Origin: Nitrospinales bacterium
Lineage (GTDB): Bacteria; Nitrospinota_A; UBA7883; JACRGQ01
Assembly (NCBI GenBank): GCA_023248535.1
Contig: JAHFEJ010000003.1
Location: 29,403 to 93,402, forward strand
Direction of reading: 5' to 3'
Length of the DNA: 64,000 bases
Shown here: piece after piece, positions 40,420-50,862 of the stretch
Layout of the letters: each line of letters begins with the position of its first letter
How positions within the stretch are numbered: the stretch's first letter is position 1
Notes under the pieces: model-generated
Seen by the model: only the letters and a program-made list of their open reading frames with translations
Database searches by the model: none
Told to the model about the DNA's origin: nothing
Program-made: the position numbers and the translations under genes

Positions 40420-41796
40420 ATGATCAACCGGCTTATCGAAAGGATATACCGCACCCCCCTCATTCATATCTTTTGGATCAGCGTTGCGCTTTCCGTAATG
40501 TTATCCGAGTTCATCACCAGCGCCATGAGCCTGCATTTCAACGGGGTGGTGACGGACGACTATTTGATCACCGGCGCGGTTGCTTCGTTCTTCGTGTCGG
40601 GCGGGGTGACGTTGCTTATCATCGCGTTCATCAACCATTTGCGTTCGGTTGATGCCCGCCATCAGGCCGAGAAGGCCGCAACTTCCGCCGTTAACCTGCG
40701 GCTTGCCGCCGCGGTAGAGCAGACCGGCGAGGGCGTGTATATCACCGACGCCGGCAACAAGATCGTGTACGCCAATCCGGCCTTCACCCGGATCACCGGC
40801 TATCCCGCCGAAGAAGTTTTGGGGAAAACGCCCGACTTCCTGAACAGCGGCAAAAATACGGAACAGTTTTACCGGACGATGTGGGAAACGCTGCGAGATG
40901 GCAAGATGTGGGAGGGGCGCTTCATCAACCGCCGCAAGGATGGCAGCCTCTTTGAGCAGCTCACCGGGATTTCCCCGGTGTATGGCGCGGATGGAACGGC
41001 CACCCACCATGTGGCGGTGATGCGCGATGTGTCGCGGGAGGAGATGCTCAACCGCGCCCGGCGCTATTTTACGGCGGTCACTTCGCACGAACTGCGCACC
41101 CCCTTGAGCCGCCTGCAGCTGGTGGAGGCGTTGATAACCTCGGCGCTAACCGCCCCGCCGGATCAGCCGGTAATTCTGCGTCAGGCCGCTGAGGGGCTGG
41201 CGCACTGCCGCAAGGATTTCGATGACATCCTTGCCACCACCGACCTGTTGGCGCAGTTGAGCGGCGGCGAACTGCAGAAAGAACACCCCTCCTGTCATCT
41301 TTATTTTCTTTTGCGGCAGTGCGCCGCCCATACCGGCAAGCGCATCGACGAGGAACGGAGAGGAATTACGTTCACCGTCGACTTGGCACGGTTGCCCGCG
41401 TTTTCCACCGTACCTGCAAATCAGGAAATGCTTGGCTGGGCGGTGAACGAGTTGTTGGCGAACGGGGTGCGCTTCACGCCGGACGGAGGATCGCTAACGC
41501 TGGAAGCCAGCGTCGACGGAGACCGGGCGGTCATTGCGGTAACCGATACCGGCATTGGCATTCCCGAAGGGAGCGGCCGCTATGTGTTCGAGCCGTATTT
41601 CGCGTTGGAGGACATCGCTCTCCACTCGTCGGGCAAGTACCGCTTCAAAAGTGGCGGGATGGGATTGGGATTGACGCTGGTTAAAATGGTGATGGAACAA
41701 ATCAACGCCGAATTTTCCCTCACGAGCGAAGGCGAGAACCGCGGCTCCCGCGCGGTGATCAGGATCAGGATGGAGGGCGGCTCGGCCGCCGCTTAA
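40420..41796 (+). CDS. Membrane-bound PAS-domain sensor histidine kinase.
   Basis: Two TM helices, PAS, H-box SHELRTPL and HATPase_c G-boxes. The start is set after the purQ stop. Confidence 0.85.
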   Translation: MINRLIERIYRTPLIHIFWISVALSVMLSEFITSAMSLHFNGVVTDDYLITGAVASFFVSGGVTLLIIAFINHLRSVDARHQAEKAATSAVNLRLAAAVEQTGEGVYITDAGNKIVYANPAFTRITGYPAEEVLGKTPDFLNSGKNTEQFYRTMWETLRDGKMWEGRFINRRKDGSLFEQLTGISPVYGADGTATHHVAVMRDVSREEMLNRARRYFTAVTSHELRTPLSRLQLVEALITSALTAPPDQPVILRQAAEGLAHCRKDFDDILATTDLLAQLSGGELQKEHPSCHLYFLLRQCAAHTGKRIDEERRGITFTVDLARLPAFSTVPANQEMLGWAVNELLANGVRFTPDGGSLTLEASVDGDRAVIAVTDTGIGIPEGSGRYVFEPYFALEDIALHSSGKYRFKSGGMGLGLTLVKMVMEQINAEFSLTSEGENRGSRAVIRIRMEGGSAAA

Positions 41797-41808
41797 CCCT
41801 TCGCCCGC

Positions 41809-44800
41809 TTACAGGGGGCGCGGGCCTTGTTGCCGCGCCAGGCGGCGGGCGGCGCGTTTTTCAAACCACCCCTCCGCCAACGAATAAACGCTGGGCACCA
41901 CCAACAGCGTGAGGAATGTCGACGATATCATGCCGCCGATGACGGCAATGGAAAGCGGGGCGTTGGTTTCGCTTCCTTCGCCCAATCCCATAGCGGAGGG
42001 CAGCATGGCGAAGATCACCGTCAAGCTGGTCATCAGCACCGGCCTCATGCGCACGGGGCAGGCTTCGCGCAGGGCGGTTTCGATATCCTTCCCCTCCGCG
42101 CGCAGCTGATTGGCGAAGTCGACCAGCAGGATGGAGTTCTTGGCGACCAACCCCATCAGCAGCACCAGCCCGATCATCGAAAAGATGTTGAGCGTGCTGC
42201 CGGTGATCCAAAGTGCGGCAAGGCCGCCGATGATCGCCAGCGGCTGCGCCACCATGATGATGAGCGGTTGCGTGAAGCTGTTGAACTGGCTGGCCAGCAC
42301 CATGTACAGCAGGATAATCGACGTGGTGAAGGCAAATATCATGTAGCCCACCGTTTTGGCGAATTCCTCCGCTTGGCCGCGCATCATCACCGTGTAGCCC
42401 AACGGGAGGATTGAAGCGGCGGTATCTTTCACCTTTTGCGCCGCGGCGGCCAACGGAATGGCGGGATCGGAAAAGAAATTGGCGGCATATTTGAGGTCAA
42501 GGCGGCTGATGACCGCCGGGCCCAGCTCTTTTTTGAACGATGCAATGGAATCAAGACGCACCATCGTGCCGTCGTGCGTTCTGACGTATATCTTTTTAAG
42601 GTCGGCGGGGTGTTCCACGTTCCCGTCGGCGGCCTTGATGCGGACGTCGTACCGCTCGCCGTCCCCCGGCTCGTCGTTGTATTTCGCCACGTCGAAGCCC
42701 CCTACCAGTACGTTCACCGCCATCGCCATATCCATGGCGGAAAGTCCCAGGTTGGCCGCGCGGGCGCGGTCGATGCTGATGTTCACCTGTGGCATGTCGG
42801 TTTGGAGGTCGAGGTCGAGGCGTCCCAACGCGCCGTCGGCGGCCAGCTTTTTCTTTATTTGATCCGCCAGCGCGGCCACCTGGTCGAAGTTGACGCCGCT
42901 CAAGGTGAATTGGAGCGGTTCGCCGCGTCCTCCGCTTACTATGGGAACGGCGGAGGGAAACGCCATCACCCCCGGTATCATCGCAAATTTCGCCGCCAGC
43001 GCGTCCATCACTTGATGCTGCTTGAGCGCGCGCTCCCCCTTTGGTTTAAGGCGGACGAATGCCATCCCCTGGTTCATCTGGCCCTGCATGCCGATAGCGG
43101 TGAAATACGTCTGGACTTCCTTTTGGCTGGCCATTGCTTTTTCCACCGCCGTCAGGCGGCCCGCAACGTAATCGATGCTGGAGCCAAGCGGTGTTTTCAA
43201 AAACACTATAAAGCGTCCTTCATCTTCTTTCGGCGCGAACTCTTTTCCCACCATTGCGAAGAAAAAGCCGGTGGAGAGGACGGCGGCCATGGTAAACAGC
43301 ACCACTTTCCACCGGTGGAAAAGCGCATATTCCAGCATCATTATGTAAAAACGGTCCATCGCGTGGAATGCCCGGTCAAAAAACCGGTAGATCGGGCCGT
43401 GCGTTTCCTTGTCCGTCATCACCAAAAAGCGCGAGCAGAGCATCGGCGTCAGCGTCATGGAGACGAACCACGAGGCAATGACCCCCACGGTGACAACCAC
43501 CGCGAACGATTGGAAAAACCGCCCGATGATCCCCCCCATGAATATCACGGGGAAGAAAATGGATATTAAGGTAAGCGTCGCCGCCAACACGGCAAACACC
43601 ACCTGTTGCGACCCGTTGATCGAGGCCGATATCGGGTCGCGGTCGATGTGTTCGCGGTGGCGGTAGATATTTTCCAGCACCACGATGGCGTCGTCCACCA
43701 CCACGCCGATAAGCAGCAGCAACGCCAGCAGCGTGAGGGTGTTGAACGTAAAGCCGGAAAAATACATTGCGGCGATGGCGGATAGGAGTGAAACCGGTAT
43801 GGCGGTGGCGATGATAAAGGTTGCGCGGAAGCTCTTGAGGAACAGGAAGACCACCAGCGCCGCCAGCATTACCGACTCAAGGATGTGCTCCTTAAGGGAG
43901 TCCACCATCGCTTGAATGAAAAGGCCGTCGTTCGAGGCCTCCTGGATGATCAGTCCGGGGGGGAGCTGGGGAAGTATCTCGCTTTGAAGCCGCTCCTGCA
44001 CCTTGCGGATGACTTCTATCGTGTTGGAGCGGCTCACTTTTACGATGCCCAGCCCCACGGCCGGTTTCCCGTTGAAGTTGGCGACCTGGCGGTAATCGGC
44101 AAGGCCGTCTTCCACCCGCGCCACGTCTTGCATCCGTATCGGCGCGTTCTCCTTGAAGCCGATGATCATGCCGCGCATATCTTCTAGGTTGTGGAATTCG
44201 GCGTCCAGCTTGACGAGGTACTCCATGTTGGTGCCGGAAAGAAACCCCCCCGGCAGCACCACGTGCTCGCCGCCAAAGGCCCCCAGCACGTCGTTGGCCG
44301 AGATTCCCAGGCCCGCCATCGCCGCCAGGTTCAGGTTCACCCGTATCTGCCGTTTGCGTTCGCCGCCGATCATCACCTGTCCCACGCCGTCGATATTTTC
44401 CAGCCGTTTCTTGATGACGTTGCGGGCGTACAGGTTTAGGTCGCCGAGTGTCCGGTCGCCGCTGAGGGCCAGCCACATCACTGGTTGCGCTCCCACTTCC
44501 ACTTTGGCGACCACCGGATTGTCGATTCCTTTCGGCAGTTGGCGCAGCGACTGGTTTACCTTTGCCTGCACCTCATTAAAGGCGACGTCGACGTTTTTAC
44601 TGAGATCAAACTCGATCACCACCATCGATACGCCGGGCGAGCTGGTGGACTGGATGTGGTTGATTCCCGGCACGGAATTGACTGCCGCCTCGATGACGTT
44701 GGTGATGTTGGAGTCGATGACATTCGGATTTGCGCCGGCCATCGTGGTCATAACGGTGATGACGGGGAATTCGATTTGCGGGAAACGGTCGATTCCCAGC

Positions 44801-44892
44801 CGGGTGTAGCCGATGTAACCGAGCAGCATCAGCACGCCGCTCATCATGTACGCCAGAACGTGGCGGCGTATTGACAGCTCGGGCAGCGTCAT
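41809..44892 (-). CDS. RND (HAE1/AcrB-family) efflux permease.
   Basis: About 1027 aa, 12-TM AcrB architecture with conserved motifs throughout. Confidence 0.95.
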   Translation of the reverse strand: MTLPELSIRRHVLAYMMSGVLMLLGYIGYTRLGIDRFPQIEFPVITVMTTMAGANPNVIDSNITNVIEAAVNSVPGINHIQSTSSPGVSMVVIEFDLSKNVDVAFNEVQAKVNQSLRQLPKGIDNPVVAKVEVGAQPVMWLALSGDRTLGDLNLYARNVIKKRLENIDGVGQVMIGGERKRQIRVNLNLAAMAGLGISANDVLGAFGGEHVVLPGGFLSGTNMEYLVKLDAEFHNLEDMRGMIIGFKENAPIRMQDVARVEDGLADYRQVANFNGKPAVGLGIVKVSRSNTIEVIRKVQERLQSEILPQLPPGLIIQEASNDGLFIQAMVDSLKEHILESVMLAALVVFLFLKSFRATFIIATAIPVSLLSAIAAMYFSGFTFNTLTLLALLLLIGVVVDDAIVVLENIYRHREHIDRDPISASINGSQQVVFAVLAATLTLISIFFPVIFMGGIIGRFFQSFAVVVTVGVIASWFVSMTLTPMLCSRFLVMTDKETHGPIYRFFDRAFHAMDRFYIMMLEYALFHRWKVVLFTMAAVLSTGFFFAMVGKEFAPKEDEGRFIVFLKTPLGSSIDYVAGRLTAVEKAMASQKEVQTYFTAIGMQGQMNQGMAFVRLKPKGERALKQHQVMDALAAKFAMIPGVMAFPSAVPIVSGGRGEPLQFTLSGVNFDQVAALADQIKKKLAADGALGRLDLDLQTDMPQVNISIDRARAANLGLSAMDMAMAVNVLVGGFDVAKYNDEPGDGERYDVRIKAADGNVEHPADLKKIYVRTHDGTMVRLDSIASFKKELGPAVISRLDLKYAANFFSDPAIPLAAAAQKVKDTAASILPLGYTVMMRGQAEEFAKTVGYMIFAFTTSIILLYMVLASQFNSFTQPLIIMVAQPLAIIGGLAALWITGSTLNIFSMIGLVLLMGLVAKNSILLVDFANQLRAEGKDIETALREACPVRMRPVLMTSLTVIFAMLPSAMGLGEGSETNAPLSIAVIGGMISSTFLTLLVVPSVYSLAEGWFEKRAARRLARQQGPRPL

Positions 44893-45959
44893 TTCGATCC
44901 GTCCGCGGCGGAAGCCGTTTTCACCGCCGCCCCGTCGGCAAGGTAGCTGGCGCCGTCGGCGGCAAGGGTTTCATCCCCCTTGAGGCCGCTGGTGATTTCC
45001 ACCATGCCCCCCTGCCGCTCGCCCGTTTTCACCGGTACGGCGTGTGCCGTGTTGCCGGTGATTGTGTAAACCACTTCGCCGGAGGGGCGGAGCACCACGC
45101 AGAGTGCTGGCACCACCACCGCCGTTTTACGGAAATCCAGCAGAACCGAGCCGGTGACGCTGGCGCCCGGCATCCAGCCGCCGGGGTTGTCCCTGTTCAC
45201 GATCACGTCTATGGAGCGGCTGCCGGCGGTGATTACCGGACGGATTTCCGATATCTTCCCCTCGATCACGGTGTCCGGGGTTGTGGGGCTGGTTATTCGG
45301 ACGGCCTGTCCCGCCGCGAAGCGGCGGGCGATGGATTCGGGGAACGGCAGATGTATCTGCAGGCGGTTGCTCCCGGCGATGACAAACATCGGCTTGCCGG
45401 GATTTACATAGTCCCCCTCGGCCACCAGCCGGCTTTGCACCTTCCCGTCGAGCGGAGCGGTGATGGTGGCCCTTTTCAGGTCGCGCGTGGCGGCGGCAAG
45501 CTGGCTCCGCAATGCCGTCAGTTGCGTCTGCGCGTCATCAAGCTGGCTCTCGGGGATAACCTTTTCGGCAAACAGATTTCTCAGGCGGGATATGTTTTTT
45601 TCCGCGTTTGATGCCGCCGCGAGGGCCGCTTCATGCCGCAGCTTCAGGTCGCCGTCGTCGATTCTCGCCAGCGCCTCACCCGCGCGCACCGCCGCGCCAT
45701 TATCAACCAACACGGCGCTCACCCGGCCGCCCACTTCGGCCGATACGGCGGGAGCCTCGGGTCCCTCGATGTAGCCCACCGATTCCTCCCGGATTTCCAC
45801 GGGGCGCAGCTCCGCCTTCATGGCAATAACCGGCACGGGACGGGGGCCATTGCCGGCCTGTGATGCCTCTTTTTTCTTGCAGCCGGCCGACAGCAACAAT
45901 GCCGCCGCGCATAATGCCGCCGCCATCCGCCTGTTCCGTCCGGAGCCGAATATGTCCAT
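44889..45959 (-). CDS. RND efflux periplasmic adaptor (membrane fusion protein), lipoprotein.
   Basis: HlyD/AcrA-like biotinyl-lipoyl and beta-barrel regions. Lipobox LLSAGC. Confidence 0.9.
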   Translation of the reverse strand: MDIFGSGRNRRMAAALCAAALLLSAGCKKKEASQAGNGPRPVPVIAMKAELRPVEIREESVGYIEGPEAPAVSAEVGGRVSAVLVDNGAAVRAGEALARIDDGDLKLRHEAALAAASNAEKNISRLRNLFAEKVIPESQLDDAQTQLTALRSQLAAATRDLKRATITAPLDGKVQSRLVAEGDYVNPGKPMFVIAGSNRLQIHLPFPESIARRFAAGQAVRITSPTTPDTVIEGKISEIRPVITAGSRSIDVIVNRDNPGGWMPGASVTGSVLLDFRKTAVVVPALCVVLRPSGEVVYTITGNTAHAVPVKTGERQGGMVEITSGLKGDETLAADGASYLADGAAVKTASAADGSK

Positions 45960-45981
45960 TGCGCGTTTCTCCCTTTTACCG

Positions 45982-46716
45982 TTAGCGCGGCCTGATGCCG
46001 TTGAGCAATATTTCAGAAACCGTTTTTACATAGCCTTCCGGGTCATCCGCGAAGGTCACTTCGCGGTAATGACGGAGCACATCGTTATTCTGAAAGAAAA
46101 ATATGTTCGCCGCCAGCACCAGGGCCGTCACCGCGGCGGGATCCAGGTCTTTGCGCAGTTCGCCGTTTTTTTGCCCTTTGCGTACGAGCGTGGTGAGCGC
46201 GGAAAAATTCCGGGCGAAGCCGCTTTCGGCGATCTCGCGCCCCCGTTTGCGGCTGTCCGTCAGCAGTTCGCGCAGGATAAGCCGCGACATGTCGGGATGA
46301 CTGTGCATGCCCTCTATATGCGCCTGCGCAAAAAGTTCAAGCTTGCGCGATACCGTCCCGCCGCTTTCTTCAACGTTTTCCAGCAGGCTTTTAATGCTTT
46401 CGGCGGCGAAGCGCAGCGCCGCCTGATGCAGGTCATCCTTGGCGCGGAAGTGGTGATAGATGTTGGCCTTGCTCGTTCCGGCCTCTTTGGCGATGGCGCT
46501 CATGGATACGGCGGCGAAGCCGTGCTTGGAGAAAAGCTTTTCCGCGGCGGCAAGTATGCGGCTCACGACGGGGCAACACTCTTTGACCGCAACTTTTTTA
46601 ACGGAAACGGTTTTTGCCACAACTCCTCCATGATTTGCCCGACCAACCGGCCGGTCAGCAGCCATTATCCCCCATTTCCCAACACTGTCAAGCATGTGCT
46701 GGGGCGGCGTTTTCAC
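45982..46716 (-). CDS. TetR/AcrR-family transcriptional regulator. The true start is probably internal.
   Basis: HTH AAVSMSAIAKEAGTSKANIYHHF. Lies divergent from the pseudopilin genes and adjacent to the RND operon. Confidence 0.8.
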   Translation of the reverse strand: MKTPPQHMLDSVGKWGIMAADRPVGRANHGGVVAKTVSVKKVAVKECCPVVSRILAAAEKLFSKHGFAAVSMSAIAKEAGTSKANIYHHFRAKDDLHQAALRFAAESIKSLLENVEESGGTVSRKLELFAQAHIEGMHSHPDMSRLILRELLTDSRKRGREIAESGFARNFSALTTLVRKGQKNGELRKDLDPAAVTALVLAANIFFFQNNDVLRHYREVTFADDPEGYVKTVSEILLNGIRPR

Positions 46717-46805
46717 GCACCCGTCTTCCGTGGCGGAAAACCGGCCAAGGGGTGACGATCCCCTTTTTCTTGCCGCGCCGCCCGCTCACCCGGTATCCTG
46801 TTTCC

Positions 46806-47309
46806 ATGATGCGGAACGGCGGGCGATCTGGCTATACCCTCGTGGAGCTGCTCATCGTGATGGCGGTCATTGCGATGGTGGCGGGGTTGGGCGTGCCGTT
46901 TTTCGCACGCTCGCTTGAGCGGGCGGAACTGAAATCAGCCGCCGGGGAGATGGCGGCACTGATGCGGCTGACCCGTCAAGAGGCGATCTCGCGCAAAACG
47001 GTTTTCTCAACCGTCATAGACCCCGCGCGCAAAACGGCCTACGCCATTGAGGGGCGGTTCGATGCCGGGAACCCGGCGGGGCCGTTCAACGGCGAAGCAG
47101 TGAACATTCCCGATGCCGCAAAGGTATGGACGCCCCGCGGCGGGCTGCTGCTTCTGGAATTCAGCCCCGCCGGAACCGCCACCGCCTGCGACCTCGCCGT
47201 CACCTCCGCGAAAGCGGATGGCGCCGATGACGAAGGCGGTTACCGCGTGACCCTTGATCCGCTCTCCGGTCGCGCCCGGGTGATCCGCAATGGGGCGGCG
47301 GACAAATGA
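46806..47309 (+). CDS. Prepilin-type pseudopilin (GspH-like).
   Basis: N-terminal GYTLVELLIVMAVIA prepilin cleavage/methylation motif. Confidence 0.55.
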   Translation: MMRNGGRSGYTLVELLIVMAVIAMVAGLGVPFFARSLERAELKSAAGEMAALMRLTRQEAISRKTVFSTVIDPARKTAYAIEGRFDAGNPAGPFNGEAVNIPDAAKVWTPRGGLLLLEFSPAGTATACDLAVTSAKADGADDEGGYRVTLDPLSGRARVIRNGAADK

Positions 47310-47737
47310 AAAGGGCGATCTTTTCCCATCTCGGTTTCACGTTATTGGAGATACTCGTCGCCGTCACCATTCTCGCCGTATCGTTCACCGCCATCTTCCA
47401 TCTTTATGGCGGCACGCTCCGCAACATCGGGCGGGGCGAACGTCACGCGCGGGCGGCCGTGCTGGGCGGCGAAAAACTGGAGGAGCTTCTGGCCCACAGC
47501 CCCTTTCCTCCGCCGGGCGAACAGGGGGCTTTTCCCGGCAATCCGGACTATTCATACAAAACAACCGTAGAGGAATATCAGGAGCCGGTAGGGCGGAAGG
47601 AAAAAAATATCCCGCGCGATGCCGCCGAGCGGACGGCCCTTTACCGCCTTGCGGTGAAGGTGGAATGGAAAGACGGCACCGCCACAAAAGAGCTTGTCCT
47701 GAACACCCTCAAGGCGGTGGTGGAGCCGAACCGGTGA
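47306..47737 (+). CDS. Prepilin-type pseudopilin (GspI-like).
   Basis: GFTLLEILVAVTILAV motif. Confidence 0.55.
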   Translation: MKRAIFSHLGFTLLEILVAVTILAVSFTAIFHLYGGTLRNIGRGERHARAAVLGGEKLEELLAHSPFPPPGEQGAFPGNPDYSYKTTVEEYQEPVGRKEKNIPRDAAERTALYRLAVKVEWKDGTATKELVLNTLKAVVEPNR

Positions 47738-48393
47738 GGAACCAGCGCGGTTTCACCCTGCTCGAGCTGCTGATCGCCATCACCCTGTTGGCGGCGATCA
47801 CCGCCATTCTCGCCGCCGGATTCCACCTTTCGCTCCGTTCGTGGGAGGCGGGGCGTGGCCGGATGGAGGGGCATTACGATTTCACCGAGGGGATGGGCCT
47901 GATCGCGGGCCAGCTCAAAAGCGCGAGGGCGGTCAATCTGGTGAACGAAAAGAACGAAAAAGTCATCGCCTTCCACGGCGAGGCGGAGAAACTCCTCTTT
48001 GTGGCGAACGCCCCGCGCCTCAAAGCGCTGACGGATGCCGACGGCTTTTATCTGCAAAGACTGTCGTTCGACGCGGAGAAGAAGAGTCTCCTTTTTTCCG
48101 AAGCGCCGTTTAATCCGCATACGCCGGTTGAGGAAGTGAAATGGACAGACGTGCCTATGGGGGAGGGGACGGTCAAGGGCTTTAAGTGCGAGTACCTTTA
48201 CCGCGAAGGGGCGGGAAGTGATGTAAAGGATGTCTGGCGCGAAAAAAGCGCGGGCGACAAGGATGTGGACGCAATGCCGCTGGCGGTACGTCTCTCGCTG
48301 ACAGTGGAGGAGGGCAACGATCCGTTTGTCTGGCCGCCGCTTATCGTGCGGATAGAGCCGGGCGCCGCTGTGGCCCCGGAGGTGGCGCGGTGA
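47734..48393 (+). CDS. Prepilin-type pseudopilin (GspJ-like). GTG start overlaps the upstream stop codon.
   Basis: GFTLLELLIAITLLAAI motif. Confidence 0.5.
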   Translation: MRNQRGFTLLELLIAITLLAAITAILAAGFHLSLRSWEAGRGRMEGHYDFTEGMGLIAGQLKSARAVNLVNEKNEKVIAFHGEAEKLLFVANAPRLKALTDADGFYLQRLSFDAEKKSLLFSEAPFNPHTPVEEVKWTDVPMGEGTVKGFKCEYLYREGAGSDVKDVWREKSAGDKDVDAMPLAVRLSLTVEEGNDPFVWPPLIVRIEPGAAVAPEVAR

Positions 48394-49343
48394 AGCGGGC
48401 ACGGGGCGAGCGGGGCATTGCGCTGCTGCTGGTGATCTGGGTACTGGTGATTCTGGCGGCGTTGGCGGCAGAGATGGCGATGAGCGCGCGCGGCGATATA
48501 GGGGCGGTACGCAACTTCAAGGAGGGGCGTGAGGCATATTATCTCGCCCGCGCCGGTGTGCAGATGGCGTTCGCGGAGTTGCTGGAGGATTTCGATTACG
48601 TTCATATCAAAGACGGGCAGGATATTTTGGGGCGCGCGGGCGATGATCTGAAAGAGCCGGAGTTTTCGCCGCGCCAGGTAAAGTTCGGCGGCGGGCTGGC
48701 GGCGTATGTCATTACCGACGAGAACGCGAAGCTGAACCTCAACGCGTTGGCGCGCGACGAAGGTGGGCTGAGGCGCCTCTTCAAAACATTGTTCCCGGAC
48801 GGGATTGAAGGTGAAGATACAGTCATCGACAGCATCCTCGATTGGGCGGACGCCGACGACTTCCACCGCCCAAACGGTGCTGAGAGTGATTACTATCAAT
48901 CACTAAAACCCCCCTATAAGGCGAAGAACGGCGATTTCGACAGCGTGGCCGAGTTACGGCGGGTAAAAGGGGTTTCTCCCCAAATATTCGCCGCGCTGGA
49001 AAAGGTTCTCACGGTTTATTCAGCCGGGGCGCTGAACCCAAACACCGCAACGCCCGAAGTTCTGTTGGCGTCCGGTATGGCGCAGGATAAGGTGAGCGCC
49101 ATTATGGATGCGAGAGATCACGGCGCCGTTCCCGACCCGAACGGCAAGTCGGATACGTTTGCGATCGTCGCCACCGGCCGCTTCGAGGGGAGCGCCTTAA
49201 TCCGTTCGGTGCGGGTGGTGGTGCGCAAGACGGCCCCCCGCCGCCTCACGCTTCTGGATTGGACCGACGATTATTACGAACCCCCCGCCTCCAGGAAACC
49301 GCCATCCGTCCCGCCCGCCAACGCACGGTTTCAAAGAAGATAA
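48390..49343 (+). CDS. Type II secretion minor pseudopilin GspK-like.
   Basis: GIALLLVIWVLVILAALA N-terminus plus GspK-like periplasmic region. Translational coupling to the upstream genes. Confidence 0.6.
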   Translation: MKRARGERGIALLLVIWVLVILAALAAEMAMSARGDIGAVRNFKEGREAYYLARAGVQMAFAELLEDFDYVHIKDGQDILGRAGDDLKEPEFSPRQVKFGGGLAAYVITDENAKLNLNALARDEGGLRRLFKTLFPDGIEGEDTVIDSILDWADADDFHRPNGAESDYYQSLKPPYKAKNGDFDSVAELRRVKGVSPQIFAALEKVLTVYSAGALNPNTATPEVLLASGMAQDKVSAIMDARDHGAVPDPNGKSDTFAIVATGRFEGSALIRSVRVVVRKTAPRRLTLLDWTDDYYEPPASRKPPSVPPANARFQRR

Positions 49344-49413
49344 TTGGCGGCGTAATGGGGCAGAAATATTTTGGCTGTTTTCCTTTCCCCTCGTCTTGTA
49401 AACTCACCGTGCC

Positions 49414-50088
49414 ATGAAAAAGCTGATACGCGGTATTGTCGAGTTCCGGAGCAAGCTGCGCCCGGAGTACGCCGAGACATTCGCCCGGCTGGCATTGGGG
49501 CAAAACCCGGATACCCTCTTCATCGCCTGCTCCGACAGCCGCGTGGTGCCCAATCTCTTTGCTTCCACCGATCCCGGCGATCTTTTCGTCATCCGCAACG
49601 TCGGCAATCTCATTTCCCCCTGCGGGGCGGACGGCGTATCGCTGGGGGACGTGTCGGAGGCGGCGGCCATCGAGTATTCGGTTCTCTCTCTCGGCATTTC
49701 CAATATCGTCGTCTGCGGCCACTCGGAATGCGCCGCGATGAAGGAATTGATAGCCACCAGCGCGGGGGTCGATATGCCGATGTTCAAGACTTGGCTGTAC
49801 AACGGCTATCCTTCGCTGGCCCGGATGGATGCCGCCACATGGATAGACCAAAAGCTTGCGCCGCATAACAGGCTTTCGCAGGCGAATGTCCTCCAGCAGT
49901 TGGAACATCTCAAGAGCTACCCTTCCGTGAAAAGGCTGATGGACGCCGGGAAACTCTCCTTCCATGGCTGGTGGTTCGATATAGCCCATGCCGAGGTTTT
50001 CGCCTACGAAGAAGAGCTGGGGTTCGTGTTGATCGACGAGACGGAAGCGCAACGCATCATCCAGCGTATGAACCGCAAAAACCCTTAG
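49414..50088 (+). CDS. Beta-class carbonic anhydrase.
   Basis: CSDSRV...HSECAAM zinc ligand motifs. Confidence 0.9.
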   Translation: MKKLIRGIVEFRSKLRPEYAETFARLALGQNPDTLFIACSDSRVVPNLFASTDPGDLFVIRNVGNLISPCGADGVSLGDVSEAAAIEYSVLSLGISNIVVCGHSECAAMKELIATSAGVDMPMFKTWLYNGYPSLARMDAATWIDQKLAPHNRLSQANVLQQLEHLKSYPSVKRLMDAGKLSFHGWWFDIAHAEVFAYEEELGFVLIDETEAQRIIQRMNRKNP

Positions 50089-50231
50089 CGCCGTTTTCAA
50101 TAATTCTGAAATTCCGGAGGATGCACCCTACCCATAAACGTATGGGGCATGGAAGCGGCTAAAGGGCCTGGGGTCTTGCTTTTAGCATTTTCCGAAAGGC
50201 TGCAAAGCAAGACCTCAGAAGTTCCACTTCA

Positions 50232-50636
50232 TCAGAGGATCGGGGCGTCCTTGTTCTCTTTCTTGCCTGCGGCGTATTTCTTGAAGGACTCCTTTCCTTC
50301 TTCATGCCACCAGGCATCATAGTGATTCCAGTCGCCGCATTCGCCGGCATCCTTCCTCGTCCATCCGCACCATCCGCCGTAGCGGTGTCCGTGATGGCCG
50401 TGCCGATGTCCGATGGAGCCGAACAGCAGCCGCGCCAGGATCAACAATCCCAACGCTTGCATGTAGGAAATTGTTCCCAAGGCGAAGACGGCAGGGAACA
50501 GGGCATTCCAGAGCAGTTGCACCACAAATCCGACAACCAGAATTGCCGCACCGGCAAATAAAACGCAGCCAAAGCAGCGGCAGTAGCAGGGTCGGTTGGT
50601 GCACTCTTTTTTATCGGAGGCACATTTATCAAACAT
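50232..50636 (-). CDS. Small Cys/His-rich membrane protein (putative metal-binding).
   Basis: CxxC/CxC cluster near the N-terminus, two TM helices, and a HRHGHHGHRYGGWCGW segment. The start is chosen at MFDKCASD, which has an RBS. Confidence 0.5.
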   Translation of the reverse strand: MFDKCASDKKECTNRPCYCRCFGCVLFAGAAILVVGFVVQLLWNALFPAVFALGTISYMQALGLLILARLLFGSIGHRHGHHGHRYGGWCGWTRKDAGECGDWNHYDAWWHEEGKESFKKYAAGKKENKDAPIL

Positions 50637-50760
50637 GGCTTTTTCCTTTCCGTTATCGGTTAACAACACGGATAAGCGAGCCTCGCTCATGCTTATATTC
50701 TACGTCCGATTTGACCCGGTGGGCTTTTTATCAGGCTTTTAAGGGAATCTTTTGAAGATG

Positions 50761-50796
50761 AAAAAAATGGGGTGGACAGTGGGAGGTGCCCACCCC
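50761..50796 (-). terminator. Intrinsic-terminator-like hairpin plus U7 inside the 5' leader of the Cys/His-rich protein gene (attenuator/riboswitch-like).
   Basis: Minus-strand ggggtgggcacctcccactgtccacccc followed by ATTTTTTTC. Confidence 0.45.
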
Positions 50797-50844
50797 TAAC
50801 CGGAGAGGAGGAAATAGTAGGTATTTCCACCTGCACCAATAACC

Positions 50845-50862
50845 AAGCAATCGCCGTGCCAA
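50845..50862 (-). promoter_or_regulatory. Sigma-54 (-24/-12) promoter consensus on the minus strand.
   Basis: Minus strand reads TGGCACggcgaTTGCT (TGGCAC-N5-TTGC). Confidence 0.4.

Noticed and set aside
50160-50230. Inverted repeat gggtcttgcttt...aaagcaagacc downstream of the Cys/His-rich protein gene, considered as a terminator.
   Set aside because: The loop is long (about 22 nt) and there is no U-tract on either strand. It may simply be a structured spacer.
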